Assembly (NCBI GenBank): GCA_976551045.1
Contig: CDPCPM010000160.1
Coordinates: 930,001 to 994,000, forward strand
Source of the DNA: Glaucostegus cemiculus
Lineage: Eukaryota
DNA length: 64,000 bases
Direction of reading: 5' to 3'
A program made the translations under genes and the position numbers. Below, piece by piece: positions 14,001 through 26,000 of this stretch (position 1 is the stretch's first letter; each line of letters starts with the position of its first letter). The notes under the pieces were generated by a model. That model had not been told where the DNA came from. It saw only the letters and a program-made list of their open reading frames with translations, and ran no database searches.

Positions 14001-17000
14001 CCATATGTTGTACAATAAGGCATCTAAGGAACCAAATCAAGGGCCAGTACTCAGAATCATGCCAATTGTCAAAGGCAGTGAATCATATCTGGAATATCAC
14101 AAAAGGAGATCATCGGGGCCGAATTCCAAGATAACGACCATCAAACGACTTTGCCTCGAAGAGACATTTCAAAATGAAACTGGATGTTTTTAAATCAAAA
14201 TCAGTGTTTAGGAATTAATATATGAAATAGTGATTGCAGCTGAAATCAGTTACCTGATAAAAATAAATGTTCTTTAAAATTTGGAATACACCTTTTCTGC
14301 CGGAGATGGGGATCCTAGTCCTGTGGCGAACCCGTGCACCCGGATCCCAGGTGAATCCGACCACACAGCCCGTGTTAATCCAGACCCACTGCTGGATGCG
14401 ACCTAGTTTCTGCATTTCGACCAGGAGGTCGGATGCGGTCGCATCAAATCAGCTGGTTCCAGACTTCCGCGTCCCCCAGCGGGCCCGGACCGAAGTCACA
14501 ACCGCCTCGAGCTGCGGGAAATACCTCAGCAAACCTCTGTTGTAAATCACCCCCACATGGGATGCACGCTTCCGGTCAATCTGCTGATATCATCTGAACT
14601 ACAGCCATGTTCAGAATGTAATAGACATCCCATGTTACATGGCACCAGCTTTGAACTGTCAGAACTGCAAAGCTCAAGAAGTTCTGTCAATGTCTTGTCT
14701 TTCACATTCCCTGCCTCTGGCCTCTTATCCGTGTGCACATATCATCAGTGACTTCCGCAGACGCTGCAACAAGTCTTCAGCCACAGTGAAAACATGACTG
14801 GTCGTTGGTAGATAGGACAGCGGCGTCGTCGTGGCTGATGTTTGCCTGTGACCGGCGTGTCTACAGCCAGGGGCCACAATATCAGGACAGAGATGAGGAA
14901 ATGATTCATCAGGTCACAGTGAGGCACAGTACGGAGACAGGACCTTCAGCACTCTGTTCCTTCCGTAATCCGTTTACTTCCCCCTCCATTCCCATCAGCT
15001 CCCCCCAGAATCTACTAGCGGCAGTTTACAGTGTCCAATTCACCACCCAGCCCGCACATTTTTGGGAGGAACCCGGATACAGGTACAACGTGCAATCCCA
15101 ACACACAGCCAACACCGGAGGTCAGGATCGAACCCGGGTCTCTGGAGCTGTGAGGGTACCCATATCCGTGCAGAAGATAGAGAAGCTTTGAGACTCCCGA
15201 CCCAAGGGCAGTCTGGAGGCTCAGACGCTGAATATATTCCAGAAAACTTGCTGGCATTTTGTTGTAAATGTGAAAGAAAGGACATGATCTGATGACAAAG
15301 CAGGTTCGACGGGCCGAATAGCCTGCACGTACTTCTATTTCTTCTGTCGTAATCCTCCGTAAAACATCCATCAACTCATCTGACACTTTGCTCACCATCC
15401 TGACAGGGCGAAATTCATTTAAATCCATCTCACGTCATGTCTTCGGGATCACAAACCCTGTCTCCCGATAATTAGTCATGGACAAAAGTTAGAGAGGTTT
15501 CTCACAATCACTCTCACACCACCTCTTCTATCTTTCCAACGCAAGGTAGGAAACATAACCGATCACTCAAACGCTTTAATGTATTGTACTCATTTATGTT
15601 CACTTTCAATACATTTACCTATTGTTGTTTAATTGATTAGTTTCAGTTGGCCAGAACTAATTAGACTGGGATCAACGGGACCACTTCTGGGACCCACATT
15701 GTCGGGATTGGAGATTGTCTTCCGAGAAGTACCGATTGCATTTATCAGGTTAATACATGGATTGCAGGGATTCAATAGTGAGGAAAGTTTCTACACACAG
15801 GGACTGAATCTCGGGGAATGGAAGCTGAATCGTGTTTTGTGTTTCAAGGATTAAAATGATTCCCTCTGCTTGAGAGTCTGAGACCGGGAGGGAGAATCTG
15901 GAATTGAACCCTGGTTTCGGCAGTGGGGTTTGGGAACGCTACTACGCACACACGGGGGGAAGGAACTGGGGTTTCTCGCAAGCAAAGTGCAGTAGATTCA
16001 TTTCAGCAAAACTAGGAAATGTTGGAGATTGTACAAAATTGATGTTAAGATGCAGAGAAAAGAGAGGGATGGGAGATGAGAGGAAAGGGGAAGTGCAGGG
16101 AAGACAGCGTCACTAATGGTGGAGGTGCAATCGAAATGAAGTTTCACCGTGTTTCCTTCTCCACCGCCGCTGACTGGTGCGTTGAGTATTTTATTCATTT
16201 TCTGGTTTCACCTCAGATTCCGCATCCCCAGAGTTTCTCTTTATATAAGATGTGTATTCTCTCGGGAATATAAATCCTGCACATTACGTTACAAGTAATT
16301 TACTATCTGCTGTGTTTTAACAGAACCTGTATCTAAGCCCGTTATCACGTCCAATGACACCAACCCTGTAGAATACAATGACACAGTTAGTTTGACGTGC
16401 ACCGCAGGAGGGACGGTTGTTTCGTATCTGTGGTTTATGAACAATAAGACAGTTAGCGCTGGCGGTCGGATTACCCTGAGTTCCAACAACAGAACCCTGA
16501 CTATCTATAGGTTGCTGAGATCGGACGAGGAATTCACCTGCGTTGCGTTCAACTTATTGAACAGGAACACCAGCGACCCATTTCTACTAACCGTTCGCTG
16601 TAAGTGCCTCTGTGGTGGCCCATTTGATCTCATTGACTTTTAACATTTCATTGTCCGATACAATGGATCATAACTCTGCGAAGTTGTACTGGATTTCACT
16701 GGCATGAGGTTAGATTGAACAAAGTTAACTAATAATCCCACTGGTCGATGGGGAGCGGGGGTATATACCACCGTTCCCTTTCAGAGTCGTTTTAAAATTT
16801 GTATCGATTAAATCCAACTTCACGACCCATTGCCCATGGATACCAGTCCAGCTGAGCTGCTCCCACTTTCTTTAACATCTCTGGGTCTCCTTTCCCTGCC
16901 CCAGTATGAAAGAGCCTGTGTCGGTATGGAAACAACCTCTATTCCAGCACTCAAGCCTTCCGGCAACAGAAATACAGTCTCTGCTCAATGGAACCTATCG

Positions 17001-20000
17001 AAAACACCCAAGTGCATTGTCCAACTGACCTGTCAACGCAGCTGGCCAAATGTTGATGTGCTCAGAAATGATTTAACGACAACTTCACCCTCGTCTACTT
17101 ATCAAACTGAACATATGGAGATGGCGTCCGTTATTGTTCCCTTGGGGTCCAATTGTTGCAGTGATGCGGAGGATTCCTTCCTGGTACAGAGAACCAGGCT
17201 AATCTTCGCTGTCCTGATACTTTCCACCTCGATTTCCCGTATCAACCAAAGAGTTTACCGTTTCGTAAATAGTGGTATTGAACTGCGGTTGATGCAGTTA
17301 AGGCTGAGGTTGAGAGAGGAAATTTAGGTCCTACAGTCCCACAGAGGGTTTGAATTTCAAGGGTATGGATGTGCATTGGGGAGCGACGTTCCGCGATACT
17401 GAGAATATCACCACGTATTTAGTTATGTATGACATTATGTTCAGATTATTTTAGCTTCTTCAATATGATTCTTTCTAACTTTTGATGGACTTGCCTGCCA
17501 TCTGCGTGACCCTCGGCCCTATCAACGTGAGCTTCTCATCTGGGTAGTTCCAGGTGAAACAAGGGTTCCAGAAGGAACTCTGGCATTGCCAGTGACGTCT
17601 GAATCCAGTGATGACGTGTTTAGGAAATTTCCTCCTAGTAGCCTCTATTGGAGGCTTCGGCTGAGAGTCAAACCTCGCTGATTGGTCTGGATTCACACCG
17701 AATCTCAGACCGGGTAATGCAGCGGATTTCGTTCCCAGGAGGACAGGAGGAAACGAGCCATGATTTTACCACAGCCCGGTAGCTTCCAGGTTACCATTGA
17801 TGAGCCTATTTTTGACTGCATCAAAAGTTGTCTCAGGCCCGATTCTATCAGCGACATAGAGTTCCGTGTGGAGCAAGTCAACTGGTCACCTCACATCCGT
17901 TGGTATCTCGGGGGAAATTCAGCAGATACCGCAAGAAAGGGCTGGTTCTGGTGTCCATTGTTATGCACGACCCAGAAGAGAACATTCCTACTTCTCACTG
18001 GCATATCAGGAGAGGTTGTACCAAAAGAAAATGTTCACCCTGCTTCCTTCACAGCTGAGTCGGTCCAAATAAGCATCCACCATAACCATACATCCCACTC
18101 CCCTATCAAAGTTGCATCGTTCCCTGTCCTCAGGCAGACGCCACATCAGGAATAATACCCAGATCACTCTGAGTTCGTCTGGTACAGCGGTTGGCAACAC
18201 AGTTAGCGCAGGTGACCATCCTCTGCTGGAAGGAGATTGTTTCCATACCGATTTCTTCTGAGGTGTGACTCGGTGGGAGCGGGTAGAATTAGTGTGGCAG
18301 TGGCTTCTCTCTATTCAGTCGGTGTAGCTGCCTGGAGACGGGCTGGAGATCTGCTTCAGAGCCCTGGATGAAATTCTGCAAATGGACTGTGCATTTTTTT
18401 TAGATGGACCGGAAAATCTAACCACTTCCATCAGCCCAGACCTTGCTGAGTTCGGTACGGGGTTAAACGTGAATTTTTCCTGTTCGGCTGTTTCGAACCC
18501 CGCTCCTGCATTTCAGTGGTATTTCCATGGTTCATCTCTTCAAAGAAGTGGACAACATCTGAACCTTGTTGACTTATCCCTGAATGACACTGGCAGTTAC
18601 ACATGTGAGGCGTTTAACAATGTAACCAAAAGGTCGAGCTCAACAACACGAAACCTTGTCGTTCTAGGTATGTATTATGTCGAGGGGTGGTGGAGGTTTC
18701 CGAGTTGTTTATGTAAAAACAGATATACTGCATTTGTTGTTCCTCTATCGGTATCTGAATGGAGTTGCCTGGTGCTGAGTGAGGGAAACTTATTGTATGC
18801 GTACGCACTCTTGGCCTTGGGCGCGTTTTCATAATACCAATAGGTCGATTTTTGGTATGTAAGATAATAAATGTAATCGGCTTATCAACAGCGATACTAA
18901 CACTGTACTTTGTTTAATTACCTGTAAACAAATGTTATATTAATGGTATTGGAAAGTTGTGTGTGCGTCAGCAATTCTTCTCTGTGCTGACCTCTGTTTA
19001 TCTGTCATCATTCTCATTGCCGAATGCCCCTTGCCTGAATTTAATTGATCCGTACTTCCTTCTCCGTGGGGTACGCAAACTCCATCCAGTTGACATTCCA
19101 CCCGGGTTGGTTTTGATATGCGGGACGGGGAACGTCCCTTGTTTAGTGCGTTACGCAATGGAGTTCAAATGACCTGTTGGCTACATGCGATCAGATGCTT
19201 TGAGTGCCAGTGGAAACTCTTCATGTTGGTAGATGTTCAAGGACATGAGCGCAGTACTGAAGTCTGGACACGATAGAAAAAAGAAAGGGAGGGGAGAGTG
19301 GGTTGAGGGTGGTGTGAAGCATGTTCTACACCTGAGAGTTGATCACCATAGCTCGCTGCCAATACTGGTATTGGGCTGAGGTTAGGGCCGAGCAGAAATA
19401 GTGTCGCCCAGGGCGCTCACAACTTGACACAGTCTGCAGAAATAATCAGTTGAGGGGCCGGGGGACAGAGTTGGGAAGCGGGTGACTGGGTCATTCCACT
19501 CGGGACTGACCACTGCATTGTAGCTGCATTGTCAACCTGCACTTTCACCTGATACCTTAACATCTGGCATTTCCTCGTTGAGTACATTCACCACTGACAT
19601 CCCCACATCCGCCTGTTCAAAACGAGGCGCTCACAGCAGAGAGGTCTGTCAGTTTTCACGGGCGCCGGTGGGGCGATGCAGTGCCAAGCGTCACTTCTGG
19701 TCCCCGGTCCGCCGTTTCTGCCAACGAACTGTCGGCGCGCTGCACTGCCAACACCACTGTCTTTTTCCTCTGGACGATATCTGGGGTCTCTTCGACCTCA
19801 TATTTCGTGTCCTGTCCGTCCTGCCTAGTTGACGGACAGTTGGGGATTGTAAATTGGTGATACTTTTACTGGACAAATAAACCCTGGGTTATTGAGATAC
19901 GGTAGTTGATGGATTAGCTCTCAGTTAAGTAAAATGATCAAGAATTAACCCGTCGCCGAGGAAGAGAACACGAAATTACCAGATTCACAAGCCGAACAAT

Positions 20001-23000
20001 GAAGGAAATTCTGCGTTTCATACCCATTCTGGGATACAGGTGACTCCAAACACACAGTTGACCCCTGTCTACCTGCCAGGTTCTGGGGGCAGGTAGGCGT
20101 GGACAACAGGTGACGGGGTAGTCAGTGAGGTTTTCAAACGATGGATGAAGGACGGAACTGCTTCTCTCCAGCGCGGTACCTGAATCTCAACACTTGTATC
20201 AACACACATTATCTCGAATATTTTCAATCTTTTATATTCTTATTGTATAGAATACCTCATCGTTGCTCTGGTGCATCTTTCATTCAAACCGAAACTTTTT
20301 CTCCACAGACATCCATTTTCAATTCTTGTGCACTAACCAACACCTTGTGTTTCCAACAGAACCTGTTTCCGAACCCAATATTAAAGACAATGCCACCATC
20401 CTCATAGAGTACAATGACACCGTGAAACTAACATGCTTCGCAACAGGCACAGCGGTCTCTTATCTGTGGCTTGACGACAATAGCGCGATAGTTCCTGGTG
20501 GCAGGTTTGAACTGGGTGCCGATAACAGCACACTCACTATTTCTGCAGTGTTACGAACAGATGGACCGTTCACCTGCATCGCATACAACTCGATTAGCGA
20601 AAAGTCAAGCGAGGCGTTTGATCTCGATGTTTACTGTAAGTGTCCCAAGAGATCAGTAGTTGCACCGTTTATTACCAGTCCTGCTGGGCACCAGGTTCTG
20701 GGAGAGGGATGTTGCACTTGAGGATGGGAGGACAGTGATGACCTCATTAGACGAACACTCATAGTACTGGACAGTCCGATGACAGACGTGTCCGGATCTA
20801 CCTCGGCAGCTGGGGAATTTAAAATCAAACCTGGAACTTCGAAATTAAAGACCAATCTCAGTGACGGTGACCAATAAACTACAGCAGTGTGGGGAAAATC
20901 TTCGTCACTCGTGTACTTCAGGGGAAGGGAATGGGTCGGATAAACCGGTCTGTTCTATATGTGACTCCAGGCCCAACGATCAGGCTGATTCCTCACCGTC
21001 CCTTTAGTTGAGAGGCAATTGGAGATGTACATTACATGTTGGCACTGCCAGTGTCGGCCACCTCCTGTGAACCAATGAGATGGTTTTGGGTGAGATTCCT
21101 GAACAACGAAGTCAGCAGAGCCCCCGCCCGGTACACCAAGGACAATTTCTACCACTGACATCGACCAAAAGGCTTCACTTGTAATAAGTACAGAGCAGGA
21201 CTTGTAATAACATTCCCATTGAGTGGCGTGGGCAATGTGGTGTCGCGGTTACGTTTTCCTTCTGCTCCCTGATAATTTATGAGCTCCTATCGACCCAATG
21301 TAATTAAATACACATTTATCGCTTCTAAAAATCTAATTTTGCATTGATCCTATTTCAATACTAAGATTGTGATCCTTCATTGGAGTGATAAGTTCACGGA
21401 TGCTTTTATAGATAAGGGTAGTCAATTGAAATTCTAGCCCAGAGCAGAATCAGCCAGGAACTCCGAAAATAATTCGACTCCCATGGAGTTGGGGACGATT
21501 TCAGGGCGAGGAAGTGCCGGAGCTAGCGGGAGACTGTCAGCCTCCTGACGGAGGTCCAGAGAATCCATATGCAAGAAAGAACCAGAGATCCATCACTGTG
21601 GATGTGAGGGGGAAGTTATTGCCTCCCCGATAGATGGGGCGGCCACAATCCCCAGTGGGTTTAACCTAAGTGGTCTAAATTTACTTCCTAACATACACGC
21701 GGTTACACACTGGGTTTGGGACAGGGACTCAGACGCACCTTCGCAGTAGGACTGGAACATAAGATATTGGAATTTGAAGACATTTGCACGTCCACATTGC
21801 ACTGGGTCTTAATCCGCATTTGTTACAGTTTTTCCTAAGGTCGTCCAAGTTTTGATGGGCTGAGTGGCTTCATCCTGATAAGGGATTTTCCACGATTCTG
21901 TTCACTAAAACACACAGAGGCCGCCAGCCCAAGAAGTTACAATGAGAGGTGTGCTGTGGAGCTCTGTATTCCAGGTTAGAGGGGTGGAGACAGGTTTAGG
22001 GATGTGAGACATCTGTTCAATTGCAGGGAAATGTAACTTACTGCGTGTGATTTAGACACCAGTCCGCTCTGCCGTGTGTTGGGAAGGTGTTAGTGTGCAC
22101 TCTCTGTGGTGGTGGGCTGCTCTCCCTCTCCTGCTGTGCTTCGTTTCTGCTTTTGCTGTTCATGTAATTTACTGTCATCCGTTTTGTGCGTTTGTTTTAG
22201 GCGGACCAGATCATCCAAAAATCACTACTAACCCTGACTCCCCTCCTTACCTGGCTGGAAGCACCTTCACTTTAACATGCTCCGCAGAGTCCAGGCCAGT
22301 CGCTAACCTGGATTGGTATCTGAACGGTGCCTTTCTACAAACTGGGCAGAAACTTACCCTTGACAATACTTCTGTGAACAAGACAGGGAATTACACTTGT
22401 CAGGCCTTTAACAATTTTACAGAAAAGTCCAATGCCTCAACTCTAGAAATAACTGTGCTCGGTATGTAAATAATTTCTCATTTTTCTGCCGACGAGAACA
22501 CAGTGTAATGGTGGACACTCGGTTGTTGAACTAAGCGGCTGAAATTGTATAGAATATAGATTCAGAGTATTAATTTTGCATGCTGAACAATGAGGGTATT
22601 GATGAAGCAACATCAGACTGCTTCATTAATTTGATAATCATGCATTTCTCCATATTGGTCCTCAGAAGTGGACATCCGCATTCCTAGCCTGTACATGACA
22701 CCAGACACACCAGCCGTGTGAACGCTTCACTGCCGCCAGTTTGAGTAGGAGGGGACAATGCACTGGAGGGGCATTCGGAACGAGCAATAAATGCCAATCA
22801 TGTCCATATCCAGTGAAGAATTTTACAAATGACATTCCAGGATCCTCCAGGCTGATCTTAGACACTTGTACAAGTCAAGCCAGCTCAGCAGTAACCCACA
22901 CTGTATATACCGACCCGAAATCTCCGTTGTCCATTTCCCTCCTGTCTGACCCTGCGTGTTCCTCCAGTTTTCCAGCATCTTCAGTCTTTTGTGTTTCCAT

Positions 23001-26000
23001 ATCTACAGGCGGTTGCCCCGACTGGAATGCGTAAAGTTGCCAGTTCCCTCCATGTGAATTCAGAGTGAATGCACTCAACTCTTTTGGCAAGTTGTACCAG
23101 TACTTCGTGGTCCCTCTTCCAACATATTCCTGCAAAATTCTCGGCTTGCTGTCCGGGTCCTTTAATGGTTACACAGAGACATTCCTCGCTGCTTCAGCCG
23201 CCAGTCTCATCTATCGACAGTCCTCACGGGATGTCGCGGCTTGGCCAAGTCACCAGGGCAACATTCCGTTTTCGAGAGGCTGCCTGGCTTCAACACCCCA
23301 TTCCCGGAGAATGTCGGAGTTGAAACAAACTAACTATCACGGTCCACCGGGAGACCGCACGGCCCATTGGTGCCTTGCGAGCTCTTTATAGAGTAACCCA
23401 TCTCAGTCCCATTCCTTGCACTTCTCCTGCAGGCTATTCTCCATCCAGTGCCGCCCAAATTAATTTCAGAGTCCAGAGTGACTATTTCTAGTTGGAGCAG
23501 CTAGTCATTCCTATTTAATTCTAATTCCCTGCTTTAAAAGCATCCCTTACATTCTCATTGTATCGTGGGTGGGGTGTTTTCTGGTCTCGGAGCTGTGATT
23601 CAGCTACACCACCAGCTCCGCCACTGTGACCCTCACCCCTCGCCACCACGCTATTTTTAAACCCATTGAAATGACAGTACATAAGTACTTTTACGTTTTG
23701 CTGAGGCTTTTTTAGAATTGTTCAGAATTTCAGACTTGGCACATTATTGACGAAGATTAGGCACTCTGTACCTATCAAGCAAACATTTGCCAACCTAATA
23801 TCAGAGAGAGATTCTTTACCCAGAGAGTGGTTGGGGCATGCAATGCGCTGCCTGGGGCGCTGGTGGAGGCAGGTGCATTGGTCAAATTCAAGAGATTACT
23901 AGATAAGCATTATGGAGGAGTTTAAAATAGAGGGATATGTCGGAGTAAGGTGTTAGATAGTATTAGGCGAGGTTTAAAGGTCGGAACAACATTGTGGGAC
24001 GACGGGCCTGTGTTGTGCTGCCCTATTCTATGTTCAGTGTTCTAATGCCAGATTACTTCATTTCCATTTCCCTAAAACTCACCTGTGGAAATGTGTCAGC
24101 TCAAATGTTCCCCAAATTTGGGGCAACAGGAATAATCAACTTTCCTAACAAAGAACCGTGCAAAGCTTGTTGGAGTGATCAGATTACAAGATTTGCCGTC
24201 ATTGACTCATTTCTCTTGTTTACTGAAATCCATTTTCACCCAATACTTCCTCTATAAAGTTTTCGGTTGTAACTCACGTCGAGGTAACACAAAACAATGC
24301 ATCCACGTATTTTAGCGGCGGGTCTCTTTTTTTAAAATTATTTAAACGAATTCCTTGTTGAAGAAAATCTTCCCCTTGCTAAGATATGTAAGATCACGAT
24401 AGGTTTGTTATTTAACTGCTCGATTACTTGCAGAGCTTCCATGCATTTAGTTCATTTGGCTGTCCATGGCGACCTTAGTCCTTACTCTATAACCCACAAT
24501 GGCATTCGGAAGGCGACGTTCAGCTGTTTTCTTAAACCACTGAGTCTTATCATGCACTTGTAACTAACAAGTAACAGGCAGCACACATTAGCTGGCTGTT
24601 GAACGCCACCACTGTACCGAACACATTCAGCGGAAAATATTTTACAGGGTGTTTACTGTGGCTACAAAAGCGGGTCAGAGGCTGGGCATCCTATGGTGAG
24701 TGATTCACTTCCCAACACGCCAAGTGTCTCCACAATCTGAAAGGCACGTCAGTGGTGTGACGGGGCGTTGTTGCCGCCCTAGCAACACACGGGAATCTCC
24801 ACACTATCCAGAACCAAGCAGCCCGCTCGACCAAAGCCCCACCCTCCCCTGGACAGTCATTCATTCCACCACCTGCGCCAGTGGCTGCAGTGTGCACCAT
24901 CTTCAAATTACCCTGCCGTTACCCGCCCAGACTAGCCTGACAGCGGCTTACCCAGAACGCTACCTCGTCCACCGCTAATGACAATGGCAGAGAATACAGG
25001 GGTACACCACCACCTGCAGATTCCCCAGAATTGGAAAAACATTTCTGTGACTTCTGTGTCACTGGGTGAATGCCGAAGATTATCACCACAGCCTTCTCGG
25101 GAGAGTGTGTGCAGAAAGATAATGCCAGTACCAATAAGTGAATAAGTAAAGATCTGGAAGAGATATAAAATGGACTCCATACCCTGCTTTCCAAACAGTT
25201 TAATTAAGAAGACACAGTTAACCCTATGGGATGGGAGAAGCAAGCTGTGCTGAAATTCTTTCTGAGTCTTTGAATTTTTTGACTACAAAGAGCTATGAAG
25301 AGTTTGTCAGTGACTGTGCAAACGGCTGTGGCAGGCGGAACTTTGGACTATGGGAGGGGGGGTGGGTTAAAGAGTCATCAGGAACAGGAAGGAAAGTGGA
25401 ACTGACGCCACTAACAACTCGGTCATGATATTATGAAAGGTTACAAGAGTCGAACGGTCGACTCCTGCTGTGTTACACGTGTTCCACCGAGCTAATAATT
25501 GAAAGAAGGTATAAATTATCACGGAATTTAAATCTCCAACAACATATCTTTCTCACTGAAGTCTCGTTTTAGGCTTGTCGACAGGTTGCCATTTCACTCT
25601 GACCTCTTCGAATTAAATATTAACTTGAGATGTTTCTGATATTTACCACTTGTATTTTGAGGGCATTTTAGGTCTCCCTTAGTGTGCGTTATCTCTGCTA
25701 ATGCGTAACTGGCAGATGAGTATCTAATCTCTGCGACAGTACCTGTGTGTTTCAACGTTTGGTTTTACCTTAACACCTCACAAGTAAATATCCTGGTAAA
25801 CCCGTGCCTATAAATTTAAGGGAAGGGGTATCAGATGTGGAGGGGAATAAGGGACATTTACTTTCACCCGGAAGTACTGATTGAGGAGGTGTAGGGGGTG
25901 CACACCAATTTCACAGAACTTCACAAATATTTAGCAAAGCAATTGGAATGCCAGGACATAGAAGGCTGTGAACCTGGCACTGGAAATTGGGATTATTACG

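Noticed and set aside
15120-15156. GGTTCGATCC B box suggesting a tRNA gene
   Set aside because: It is the head of a tRNA-derived SINE; no cloverleaf
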